A stretch of 64,000 nucleotides of DNA, taken from positions 496,001 to 560,000 of the forward strand of contig OX597816.1 of NCBI GenBank assembly GCA_951406725.2, read 5' to 3'. Under the pieces are notes generated by a model. That model was not told where the DNA came from. It searched no databases and worked only from the letters and a program-made list of their open reading frames with translations. This stretch comes from Octopus vulgaris. Taxonomy: Eukaryota. A program made the translations under genes and the position numbers. Position 1 is the first letter of the stretch, and each line of letters begins with the position of its first letter. This document shows positions 36,086 through 48,696 of this stretch, piece after piece.

Positions 36086-38570
36086 AGGCTTGGAGGGACT
36101 GGAAGAACGGAGGTAGCAGAGATTTGTATCAGACTGCCAGAAGAGAAACTAGGAGACATGTTTATTTAGCCAGAGGGGAAGCAGATAATAAAAGATTTGC
36201 CAATGTTCTGCACCGTGAGGACCAAAGACTTGAGGTATTTCGTGTTGCAAGACAGTGTGTGAGAGAGAATCGTGATGTTGTAGGAGAGAAATGTGTTTGC
36301 ATGGATGATGGTTCACTTGCACTAAATGAGGATGCAAAGAGAGAGATTTGGAGATGCCCCTATGAAAGGTTGCTGAATAAAGAAAATGAATGGGATAAAG
36401 AGAGTCTGCCGAATGTCGACCCAACAGAGGGACCAGCTATCCGAGTTGACAGTTCCTTGGTAGTTAAGGCAATTAGAAGCATGAAGACAGGGAAAGCCTC
36501 AGGCCCATCAGGAATTACTGCAGAGATGCTCAAAATATCTGGCAGTGTCGGCTATAGCCTAGTCACCCATATAGTTAACCAGGTGATACACGAAGGAGTC
36601 ATTCCCAATGACTGGTGTAGCAGCATAATAGTCAACTGCTACAAAGGTAAAGGTGACACCCTAGATACAAATAATTACAGAGGTATCAAGCTGTTGGATC
36701 AGGTAAAGAAGGTTACGGAGAGGGTCATAGCCCAATTGATTAGGGAGAGAGTCGACTTGGACGAGATGCAGTTTGGTTTCGTGTCAGGGAAAAGCACCAC
36801 TGATGCCATATTTCTGGTAAGACAGCTGCAGGAGAAATACCTAGCCAAAGATAAACCTCTGTACCTGGCTTTCATTGACATGGAGAAAGCCTTTGACAGG
36901 GTCCCCCGATCCCTTATCTGGTGGTCAATGAGGAAACTAGGGATAGATGAATGGTTAGTGAGAGCTGTGCGAACCATGTACAGGGACGCTGTTAGTAAGT
37001 TGAGGGTTGGCAACAAGTATAGTGAAGAATACCGGGTAGAGGTTGGGGTCCACTAAGGTTCAGTCCTCAGCCTCCTCCTATTTATCATAGTCCTGCAGGC
37101 AATAACGAAGGAATTCAAGACAGGATTCTCCTGGGAGCTCCTATATGCTGATGACCTTGCTCTAATTGCTGAGTCACTATCAGAACTGGAGGAGAAGTTT
37201 CAGGTGTGGAAGCAAGGATTAGAATCGAAGGGCCTTAGAGTCAACCTAGCTAAAACCAAAGTCCTAATAAGTAGGAAGGTAGACAAATCACAAATGCCTT
37301 CAGGTAGATGGCCCTGCTCGATCTGTAGAAAAGGCGTAGGTAGAAACTCTATAAGATGCACCAAGTGTAAGCTATGGACACATAAGAGGTGCAGCAATAT
37401 CAAAGGAAGGCTAACTAGGAAGATAGTTTTTGTATGTGGCAGATGCTCAGGAGCAATAAACACTGAAAATGTGCAGAGACCATCTTCCGCCACATCCCAG
37501 GGAGAAAAACTAGAAGTAGTTGATAGCTTCCGTTACCTAGGTGACCAAGTCAGTAGCGGGGGCGGGTGTGCTGAAAGTGTAACTGCTAGAGTAAGAATAG
37601 CCTGGGCAAAGTTCAGAGAGCTCTTACCTCTGCTGGTGACAAAAGGCCTCTCGCTCAGAGTAAAAGGCAGACTGTATGACGCATGTGTACGAACAGCCAT
37701 GCTACATGGCAGTGAAACATGGGCTGTGACTGCTGAGGATATGTGTAAGCTCGCAAGAAATGAAGCCAGTATACTCCAATGGATGTGTAATGTCAGTGTT
37801 CATACTCGACAGAGTGTAAATACCTTGAGAGAAAAGTTGGACCTAAGAAGCATCAGTTGTGGTGTGCAAGAGAGACGTTTGCGCTGGTATGGTCATGTGG
37901 CGAGAATGGATGAAGATAGTTGTATGAAAAAGTGTCACACCCTAGCAGTTGAGGGAACCTGTGGAAGAGGTAGACCCAGGAAAACCTGGGACGAGGTGGT
38001 GAAGCACAACTTTCGAACTTTAGGTCTCACCAAGGAAATGACTAGAGACTGAGACCTTTGGAAGTATGCTGTGCATGAGAAGACCCGGCAGGACAAGTGA
38101 GGCCATAACTCGTGGCTTCTACCTGGGATGTAGCCAGTCCACTTATGCATACCTTTCCCTCTAGGTACACAAAACTCTACTTGTGAAGATCTGTTGAGGC
38201 AAGTGAAAATCAAAATCAAAATCGATCAACATCATTGGAATTTGTAGCTGTGATACCAGTGCCGGTGGCACGTAAGAGAACCACCCGAACATGGCCATAG
38301 CCAGCCCCACCCTGACTGGCCTCCGTGCCGGTGGCACGTAAAAAGCACCGTCTGATCATGGCTGTTGCCAGCCTCATCTGGCCTCCGTGCCGGTGGCACA
38401 TAAAAAGCACCCACTACACTCACGGAGTGGTTGGCATTAGGAAGGGCATCCAGCTGTAGAAACACTGCCAGATCAGACAGGGCCTGGTGCAACTTTCTGG
38501 CTTCCCAGACCCCAGTTGAACCGTCCAACCCATGCTAGCATGGAAAGCGGACGTTAAACAATGATGATGA
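36086..38570 (+). mobile_element. RTE-clade LINE (GAT-tailed family), 5'-truncated; single frame to stop at 38100 with two nonsense changes (37054, 38050)
   Basis: ORFs 36124-37056 and 37204-38052 are in the same frame; RT motifs, PHD-type insert, GRGRPRKTW end, three 3'UTR units, (GAT)n tail. Confidence 0.95.
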
Positions 38571-38585
38571 TATATATGTGCATAC

Positions 38586-38626
<41 letters not shown>

Positions 38627-39211
38627 AAAGAAATATTTTACAAAAAGAAAATAGAAACTACACGTGGAAATGTAAGGGGAAAGTAAGAAGAAAAAAAGCG
38701 AAAATGCACATTGGAAATAAAAAAAAGTAAAGGCTTTTTATGAAAAGTAACGATAGATATATAAATTTAAATGAACTGAGGTAGGAATAAAAGTAATAAA
38801 AGTCATTATTGGGAATTGTTAAAGAGATTCAAAAGCATACCAGTTTCATGAATTTACTAATCATTGCTTTGAATGCACACCGATTAATGAACGGTGTCAG
38901 GTCTACTAGTCCCTGAGTAAAACAATTATGTGTAAAGGAGGTAAGTAGTTCTGGATTTGGTGCAATTAGGGTAGATATAGATGTGTAATGTGAATGGTGT
39001 ATGGGATGTATGGGGGTTAGTGGTACTAATTGTTCTGTGAACATTGATAAGAAGGGAAAATTAGGAAATTCTCTGAGTTCACTTACCTGTATATATGTGT
39101 GTGTGTGTGTGTGTGTTTGTATGTATATGTGCATGTATATATATGTGTGTGTGTATATGTGTGTGTATATATATATGTGTGTATATATATGTGTATATAT
39201 AAATACACACA

Positions 39212-39266
<55 letters not shown>

Positions 39267-39344
39267 AAATGTAAAAAAATACAAACTGGGACAAGAATGT
39301 GAAACATTTAGAAGACGATAAAAGAGTTATTGGTATCCCAAATT

Positions 39345-40132
39345 GCTATCTCATTTGGATGAGGATAGCTGTGTGAAAAAGTGCTACACCCTTGTGGTTG
39401 AGGGAACCTGTGGAAGAGGTAGACCCAGGAAGACCTGGGATGAGGTGGTGAAGCATGACTTTCGAACTTTGGGCCTCACCGAGGCTATGACTAGTGACTG
39501 ACACCTTTGGAAATATGCAGTGCTTGAGAAGATCCGGCAAGCCAAGTGAGACCAGAAGCCGTGGCCTATGCCAGGGGTGTAACCAGTCCACTTATGCATA
39601 CCTTTCCTTCATTGGACACTAAACTCAGCTTGTGATTTCACTTGACGCAAGTGAAATTGAAATCAAACCAAATTTGTAAATTCGATGACTGGCACCCATG
39701 CCAGCGGAGCGCTAAGAGCACCATCCGAGCGTGGTCGCTGCCAGAGCAGCTGACTGGCTTCCATACCGGTGGAATGTAAAAAGCACCATTCAAACATGAT
39801 TGTTACCAGCGTCGCCTTACTGGCATTTGTGCCAGTAGCACATGAAAAACATTCGAGCAAAGTCGTTGCCAGTGCCGCTGGACTGGCTCCTGTGCAGGTG
39901 GCACATAAAAAACACAACTTGAGTGTGACTGTAGCCAGTACCATCTGACTGGCCCTCATGCCGGTGGCACATAAAAGCACCCACTACACTCTCAGAGTGA
40001 TTGACATTAACAAAGACATCCAGCTGTAGAAACTCTGCCAGATCAGATCTGCCATCTGTTTCGCCAGTCTTCAGTCAAATCGTCCAACCCATGCTTTCAT
40101 GGAAAGTGGACGTTAAACGATGATGATGATGA
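39345..40132 (+). mobile_element. RTE 3' fragment with ~6 array units
   Basis: EDSCVKKC..GRPRKTWDEVVKHD, 3'UTR array and (GAT)n tail. Confidence 0.9.
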
Positions 40133-42669
40133 TATATATATATATATATATATATTACTTGTATGAATTTGATACACAAATGAAATTTTCATCAATGTCT
40201 TTGTTCCTTTTCTTCTCTGAAAGCTATAAATAAGAACCTTAAGAAAAGAAAAGAATAATATTATGTCCAATAATGTATGCATTCATCCTCAATATGATTT
40301 GGAAGATTCAAATGTGAGTATGTGATCAATGTTGCATTAAAGAAAGCATCAGCTTCTTTACATGATGTGTGTTCCTATCACACACAATTCACTGGTGTGA
40401 GGGGACTTTGAGACACTTTTGGATCTGTGTGTCATCTCAATCAAAATTACCCCCACCCATTGTCTAAATAGAAGACATGCTCAAAATGTTCGCAGATAAT
40501 GAAAAACAGTGACCGCATGTTTCATGTTCATGTTTGAATCTGCCAGAAAGTATTAAAAGTAACTGGATATGTTATTGTTAGGATTCTTGCTCTTCCACGT
40601 GCATTCCAAGAATGAACTCTTATTTACAGAAATCCTCAAACAAATTATTTGCTGATTCATGCTGACGTCTGCCAAACAGACATTAGTCGTAAAAATGAAT
40701 TTTGCCCATGAATTCCTCTTCTGTGTTGTTATTTCCATGACTAGAGTTGGCCAGTAACATATTGGGGATTTGAGGTGTCACTGAATTTCATATTCATATT
40801 GTGTGGCCATAAACAAATTAATATTGGTCGTCAAGTGCTGGGATGGTTGTCAGGGGGTGGGGACGGGAGAATAAAGCACACACAACAGCTTTTTTTTTTC
40901 AATTCCCATCTTCCAAATTTACTCACAAAGCACTGGTCTGCCAAAAGACACTTTACCCAATGTACTATGTAGTGGGACGGAACCAGAATCCCATGGTTGT
41001 GAAACAAACGTCTTAGCCACACAGCCATGCCTGGAACCTAAAGACTAAGATCTTTCACCAATTCAGATAATATTTCTGTTTTTATTAGATTAATATGTCT
41101 GTGTCTTAAAGTAACAACAATCTTATGTTGATGATATTTATTCAATGTTAGTGGGGGGTGCAGTGTGCTTTGAAATTAAATCTGTGAAATGGCCACCATG
41201 CTTTTTGAGCAAAGACGCCTTGAATTTTCTCTGGGGCAATTAAATATTTTCTTAAATTGTGTGAGTATTTCTATATACATCTAAGTACCATTGTGCATGT
41301 TTGTGTGTGTATGTTGATGATAGTGTGTATGATGATTCTATTAATGTGAAGGTGGAGCAAGCCTAACTGCTTCCTCAGTTTCTTTATGTTGGTATGCATA
41401 TAAATACTACTTTGATCTCTGTGAGGCTGGTTCTTAATTTCTGCAAACGTTTTTAGGATAGGTTCTTCTAATTCTATTCACATGTTCATAATTGTTCTTC
41501 TATAACTGCTTTGTCTAATTGCTTTTTATTATTTTTTTCTTTGATACTGAAATTGAGTATTATCAGGTCAATTTTGGGGACTCTGCTTTGGAGTTTTGCT
41601 AGCAAAGAAAATATGACTCATATCATCTCTTCCTCTTTTGCAGTTTTTTTTCCTTCCTTAAAATATATTTCAAACATTATTCCTAAATTATATGAATTTG
41701 TCCACCAAACAGACAGCAACAGAAATACATTAAAGAGATGATACTTATTAAGGCAGAAACACATGTCCACGTTTCTCTTATCTTCAGATGATAAGCTTAT
41801 CCTTTTCTGTAATGTCATATCAACTTGGAGAAGTGTTGATTCTTGAGATTCTTTCCACTTCTCATGTGGAGCAGGTCTCAATTGCTATTTGCTAATTATG
41901 ACATGTCCTCTACAGGTGGAAACAATTTTAATAAATCAAGAAGTTATCTTGTATGGTATTTGATAAACCTATCTATGTCCCTTGGCTGCCAGGGAAAAGG
42001 TTGGAAAAGAGAGAAAGAATTGTTTCAAAGAATCAGTGAGCAGATGTCTTGCTCTGACGACATTCTACCAAAGAATATTAACATGTTTTTTGTTAGAATT
42101 TCCACAGCATTTATTTCAATTAATTTGAAACTAATGAAAAATTTAGTAAAATTGTTATTAACCATTTATTCACCATATTTCTGTAAAATTACATTGTCTT
42201 TGTTTCAATGAACTCTTAAAATAATGAAGAAATTAGCTGGTATCAAAAAAGGTTAATGATTAAACCTTTACGTGGTTGTATGAAGGTTGCTTTCTTCTCA
42301 CTATAAGTAAAATAAGCTGGCCTTTCTATGCCAGGAGAGTAGATTTAAATCAGCGAGTCACTACCATGCAGGGATAAATTCTTGTATATCATCCAGAGTA
42401 TTGGGGGGGGGGGGAATGCACGCAAGAATGTATCATGATAAATGTTAATCACATGAGATTTAAACAATAATCTTCTTAATACAATTGACGCATCCATGTT
42501 CTAACAATAACCCAGACATTCCTCACTTAAGGTAATTAGTTAATTGAATCACACAGAATTAATGAATGACTAGAATAGAAGCAATTAACCAAACTGTTTG
42601 TCACAATGTTTCTGTTGTCAATTACATCACATTTCTGTACATATGGGCGTCTTTTTTATTACCATATCA

Positions 42670-43170
42670 ACATCATCATCATATCGTTTAACCTCTATTT
42701 TCCATGCTAGCATGGGTTGGACGGTTCAACCGGGGTCTGGGAAGCCAGAAGGCAGCACCAGGCTCCAGTCTGATCTGGCAGCGTTTCTACAGCTGGATGC
42801 CCTTCCTAACGCCAACCACTCCGAGAGTGTAGTAGGTGCTTTTTACCTGCCACCGGCACAGGGGCTAGAGGAGGCTGGCATCAACTATGATTGGTTGGTG
42901 CTTTTTACGTTCCACCGGCACAGGTGTCACAACTACAATTTCCATTTGATTTTTATTTTGATGTTGATGTACTCAATAGGTCTCCTCAAGCAAAGCAGGT
43001 CTCCCCACGATCCAAGGTAAGCACAGCAGGTCATCCTGCGATCCAAGTTTCTTGTAGGATACAGCCATGAACTCACTTTATTTGTCAGGTCTTTGCAGTC
43101 ACAGTACATCTCCAGAGGTCTTGGTCTTTCGTCATTGCCTCTGTGAGGCGCAATGTTCGAAGGTCATGCT
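42670..43170 (-). mobile_element. RTE 3' fragment
   Basis: Same terminal domain; subfamily resembles 31002-31555. Confidence 0.85.
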
Positions 43171-44384
43171 TAATATTAAATTTAGTCTTCTATAATACTA
43201 CCTATTTCATCGTTACAAGGAAAATGTATTAGCTACATCTAAGTAGTAACAATCTTGTTGGACTAGAATATGCTGACTGTTTTGGACTGTTGCAGTAGGT
43301 TGAAACAGTGAGATATTGGATAAACTAGCCCAAAGCATTGCAAAAATATGAAACCATAGCCCTGGCTATGTGTTGAGCCTCAGTAGACACTTTGAGCAAT
43401 TAAAAATCTCAAATGAAATTTGGTTATCCTGCCCAGATTTTGGAGACAAAATGTCAAAATACACAATCAAGCCCCTTGCCTAATTTCCTCAGCAAACCTG
43501 CCCCCCCCCATCCGACTCCTTATTTCCCATCATTGATCTCTCCACCTCTTTACTGCAGTTTTCTGCTGTTGTAATTAAATGAGGACAGAACTACATATTT
43601 TATCATCTTTTCTGTGATAGCTCTTATTTTTCTCAATTCTCATAACCACTTCACCTGATATCCATCCTTCATTCTTAACATTGTCCCTTACCACCATTCC
43701 CTGTGGTCACCATTAATGCCCTTCCCAATCTCTACTCTCCATCTACTCTCCTCTTCCTTCCATCCTACTCATACTTAATTTAAATTGCTGTCACCTCAAC
43801 CTTTGATCATCGTTCTGTATATTTGCACCTGTATTTCATCTCTTCCCATTCTTCACTCTCGCCATACACTCTTATTACCTCTTCCCAGCGACCTTTTCTT
43901 TCTCTAAAGCCTCCTGTCCCTACAGGCCATCCTGACAGCTCATCACTACCACATTTCTCTCTCTTTCCAGCTCTGCACTGATTAATCCATCCACTCTTTG
44001 TATAATATGAGTACCATGTATCTCTTCTTCTGCAATAAACCAGTTTTAGCCCTTACTTGAACCTCTCATCCCCTAGCATCTCTATTGCAGCCCAACTGAC
44101 TTGATGGGAGCTTTTTGCTTTGTGGCCTACATGGAGGCCTTGCTAATACTGATGCATTATGCATGAAAAAAGCACCCAATACAATGTGGTTGGAGTTAGG
44201 AAAGACATCCACTCACAGAAACCATACCAAAACAGACATTGAAGCATAAGGCAGTCCTCTGACCCATTAGAACTCGTCAAACCATCCAGCTCATGCCAGC
44301 AGGGAAGATAACATTACAAGACAGTAATGATAATTACAATGATGACAATATATGTGATGATAATATATGTGTATGAGTAATATA

Positions 44385-45612
44385 TCATCGTCATTTAATG
44401 TCCATTGCTATCTACTATCTCTAGCTTACCCACCTGACATCTGATGGAGCCTATTTTCAGTACATTTGTGGTGTTTACTGAACTTGTGCACCTTCCACAC
44501 ACAAAACTATTTACCCTGTTAACCTTCCTCTTTCTCTTCTGTGTCCATAGCTTTACACTGGGTACATCTTATGAAGTTTCTACCTGCTCTTTTTCTACAG
44601 ATCGAGCAGGGCCATCTACCTGAGGGATTTGTGATTTGTCCACTTACCTACTTACTAAGACTTTGGTTTTTGCTAGGTGAACTCTAAGGCCCTTCAATTC
44701 TAGACCTTGCTTCCACACCTGAAAATTCTCTAGTTCTGGAAATGATTCAGCTATAAGAACATGGTCATCAGAATAGAGGAGCTCCCATGGGCAACCTGTC
44801 TTAAATTCCTGTTATTGCCTGGAGGACTATGATGAACAGGAGAGGATTGAGGACTGATCCTTGATGAATCCTTACTTGTACCTTGAATTCACCGCTATGC
44901 TCATTGCCACCCTCACCTTATGGCATCCCTGTACATGGCTTGTACTGCTCTCACCAACCACTCATCTAACCCTAGTTTTTGCAGTGACCACCAGATAAGG
45001 AATTGAAGGAACCTGTCAAAGGCTTTCTCCATATTAACAAAAGCCAAGTACAAAGGTTCTTCTGCAGCTGCCTTACCAGAAATATAGCATCAGTGGCACG
45101 ATACCAAACTGCATCCCATCTAGACTAACTCTGGTCTTAATTAGTTGGGCTACGACCCTCTCTGTATCTTTCATCATCCAGTCTAAGTTTGATACCTCAG
45201 TAATTATTTCTATCTAAAGCAACTCCTTTTCCTCTGCAGCAGTTGACTATGATGCTGCTAAACCAGTCATTGGGTATGACTCCCTCGTGTACAACCTGAT
45301 TTACTATATGGGTAACTAGTCCACTATATGGGTAATATCGCACACCACCAGATTTTTTAAACATCTCAGCTGTGATTCCTGAGGGGCCAGGGGCTTTCCC
45401 CAGCTTCATATCCTTCATGGCTGTCCCTCTCTTGAATCTACATTAGGAGGACTCTCCTTCTCCCATGAGTTCTCTACATTTAGTAGCCTTTCACTGTGGT
45501 GCTTCCAAGCTTCTTTCTTAGCAGAGTCACTGACTGCAAGTGAACCATCATCCATGTGAACACACTTCTCTCTCACAACATCACAAAGCACCTCAAGACA
45601 CTGGTCCTCATG
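44385..45612 (-). mobile_element. Older, internally deleted RTE copy
   Basis: GKAPGPSGITAEM, VHEGVIPND, NNY motifs; homologous to 19000-20310. Confidence 0.85.
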
Positions 45613-46146
45613 TCTTTTTCTTTTTATTCTTTTATTTGTTTCAGTCATCTGATACCATCAACTCTGCCGGTCACACTAAAGCTGAGCTGGTGGCCAAGAT
45701 GTTTGGTGACCTTCCTAGAGACAGTGAGAAATGTATGCATCAGGTTCTGGAGTCATTCTAAGCTCATAGTGGAAGCTGAGAGCAGCATCTTTGAATAAAC
45801 TGTTATCTCCTAGCCATAATCTAATTGATATTTTTCTGACTCTTTAGAATACTTTTAGTTTTGGATGGGATATCATGTTTATGCAAGCCATTAAATTTAG
45901 CCAGCACACACATATATATTTGCAAAACTCATGCAGTACACATATACACACACAGACACATGCACAAACATGTGTACAATGAACATACATACATGCATAC
46001 ATACACACACCCACCCACACACATACCTGCATGCATGCATGCATACATACCAGAACCAGAAAGGAGAAAGCTAATTCAAAGACTACCGATCCAATCCATC
46101 ACTGGAACTGTAAAAATCTGTAAAACTTTCCAGAAGTTTATCATTT

Positions 46147-46573
46147 GGATCTTTTCGGTTTGAACGGCAGTATTTTCTAGCGGTGTCATATGAAATTGTC
46201 ACCCATAATTATGACCCTAGTATCGATCTATTGCATTTCAATCTATTTTAGGGTTAAGGTTAGAGTTAGGGTTAGGGGTGGGGGAAGGGTATCGTTTTTT
46301 CTTCAGAAATGTAAATAAACCCAATCTGTTTCTTAAACGAGGGACATTTTCATACGGCACAGAATGTTTTCACCTCAATAGACATCATTGATTGGTTGAA
46401 ATTGCAGAAATTGAAGAAAAAAACAACAAATATCTTACAAACTATAGAATTTTCTCAATAAAGCCAAGAGAAAAAGACGTTTTATAAACACATTCTACCA
46501 GTATACGAAGTTTAAGAGTGTTTAGTTATGTGGAAATTATTTTTAAAAACTGCCGTTCAAACTGAAAAGATCC
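46147..46573. mobile_element. MITE with 25-bp TIRs starting GG, ~8-bp TSD and internal TTAGGG-like repeats (Merlin-like)
   Basis: GGATCTTTTCGGTTTGAACGGCAGT / ACTGCCGTTCAAACTGAAAAGATCC; TATCATT flanks both ends; TTAGGG variants at 46248-46277. Confidence 0.8.
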
Positions 46574-46580
46574 TATCATT

Positions 46581-48601
46581 GATTTTTTTTTTTATGGCAA
46601 TCCCTCAAGGTCGAGGATGATGGTCTTCGCACAAATTTACTGGTGAGTCCGTAGGTGACCGATAAGACCAGTTCTTGCTTGAAAAGATCAGACGCAGTGC
46701 GGACATCTAGTGCCAGAAAGGAGAGTCGCACGTGGTTGTTGTTGGCGCTCCTTCCATCGTCGTCTTTTCTCCTCCAGCTCTGCAGACCTTTTCGACTCGA
46801 AAGTCGCCGCTCCCTCATGGATGGTGGTTTTCCAGAGTGGTCTGTTTTTTGCCGTTTCCTCCCAGTTAGTGAAGTCGATGTCACACTTTTTGAGGTTCGT
46901 TTTCAGGGAGTCCTTGTAGCGTTTCTTCTGGCATCCTTTTGTACGCTTGCCGCCTTTGAGTTGAGAGTAGAAGATCTGTTTGGGAAGTCGTTCGTCAGTC
47001 ATTCTAACCACGTGGCCGCTCCATCTTAGTTGGCCTTTGATGACACAGGCTCGATGCTGGTCATTTTTGCTTCTTGTAGCACGCTGACGTTTGTTCTTCT
47101 GTCTTTCCAGCTGATGTTAAGGATCTTCCGAAGACAGCGTTAGTGAAATTTCTCGAGCGTTTTCAGGTGGTGACTATATGGGGTGCAGGTTTCGGATGCG
47201 TAAAGGAGGGTTGGAATAATGACTGCCCTGTACACCATAAGTTTGGTTTCGGTTCGGATGTCCCGATCAGCAAAAATTCTTGTTTGAAGCTTGCTGAAAG
47301 CTGTTCCTGCACACCTCAGACGGTGTTGGATTTCATCGCTGAGGTCTACCTTTGCTGACAGATGGCTCCCAAGGTAGCAGAAATGGTTCACATTTTCCAG
47401 TGGAATTCCTTCGAGTTGAATCGATGGCGGGTTGTCAACACGGGCATTGGGAGGAGGTTGGTAGAGTAAGTGAGTCTTCTTGATGTTGATGCTCAGTCCA
47501 AGTTTAGTATATGCATGATGAAAAGCATTTAGGATCTGTTGGAGGTGATCTTCTCTGTAAGCTGCTACACTGTTGTCGTCGGCATATTGGAACTCTAGCA
47601 AGCTTCGTGCCATTGTCTTTGACGTACTTTTGAGGCGAGTGAGGTTGAAAAGCTTGCCGTCCATTCTGTACGAGATCTCGATGCCAGGTGGAAGATCATC
47701 TTGTATGATGTGCAACACTGTCGCGATAAAGATGGTAAAGAGAGTTGGCGCTATCACGCAGCCTTGCTTCACTCCGGAGGTGACTTTAAAGGGCTCAGTA
47801 CTGCCTCCGTCGGTCTGGACTCTGGCGTGCATATTGTTGTGGAGGAGTTTGAGGATCCGGATGAACTTATCTGGGCATCCATACTGGGTGAGAATATCCC
47901 AGAGGAGCTCTCGCGAGACACAATCAAAGGCTTTGGATAGGTCGATAAAGGCCAAATAGAGCGGTTGGTGTTGCTCACGACATTTTTCTTGTAGCTGTCA
48001 CAGCGTGAAGATCATGTCGGTTGTGCTTCGTGATGGCCAAAAGCCGGTCTGCGTCTCAGGAAGGATCCTCTCTGACAGCGTTTTGAGGCGGTTGTTCAGG
48101 ATGCGTGCAAGAATCTTCCCAGCAGTTGCTAATAAGGAAATACCCCAGTAATTTCCACACTCAGAACGTTCGCCCTTTCGTTTGTAAATGGTAATGATGT
48201 TGGCATCCCTGAAGTCGGATGGTACAACTTCATTTGTCCAGATTTTGACCAAGAGTTGGTGGAGCTGATGTTGGTCTGCTAAAGTTCAACCCCTCCTCCA
48301 CGAGGTGCAGACTGGGCAACGCGAGCACAGCAAGCCAGCTGTGCTAGCGGCAAATGGGGCTCTGACAGTCATCAAGTCCTCAACGGTGGAACAGGCGGAT
48401 GAAGTTGCCTTAACAACTCAACAGCTGTGAAGGCGGACAAAGGCTGCAACAGACCATCGACTCCAATCGTCTCGGTTTACCTTGCCATTGGGTCAAGTTG
48501 GTGATCTGTCAAGTTTACGTGTGCTTTACTGGGCGTACGACCTCAAGCACACGTTAAAAAATTTCACGTACAGGCGTCTTCGCCACCACTCTTCTTATTC
48601 T
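46581..48601 (-). mobile_element. BovB-like RTE insertion: RT/3' body on minus (46581-48272) plus inverted 5'UTR on plus (48273-48601)
   Basis: RT motifs DLSKAFD, GVKQGCVIAP, QYADD, YLGS; C-terminal CPHC..H..H; A-tail; 11-bp TSD ATCCTATCATT (46570-46580, 48602-48612) encloses both parts. Confidence 0.92.
48273..48366 (+). ncRNA. HDV-like self-cleaving ribozyme (partly decayed) at the RTE 5' end
   Basis: P1 GGUCUGC/GCAGACU; L3 UCCACGA; P3 UCC/GGU (one mismatch); P1.1 CC/GG followed by GCAAC; P4 AGCACAGC/GCUGUGCU; J4/2 GCAAA with candidate catalytic C at 48351; P2 CCCC/GGGG. Confidence 0.75.
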
Positions 48602-48696
48602 ATCCTATCATTAGAATGTCTAGATATGCAACAATATACATGAGAATATATACATAAAGCAAAACATACAAACCTGCACACACACATACATACAGG

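Noticed and set aside
38829-39085. Minus-strand ORF piece QVSELREF..KLVCF as an exon
   Set aside because: Embedded between microsatellites, with no credible acceptor or recognisable domain
40250-42050. Possible decayed coding sequence on the minus strand
   Set aside because: Multiple stops and no recognisable motif; cannot be supported without a homology search
46248-46277. Chromosome end or fusion telomere
   Set aside because: Only ~5 degenerate units, internal to a TIR-bounded MITE
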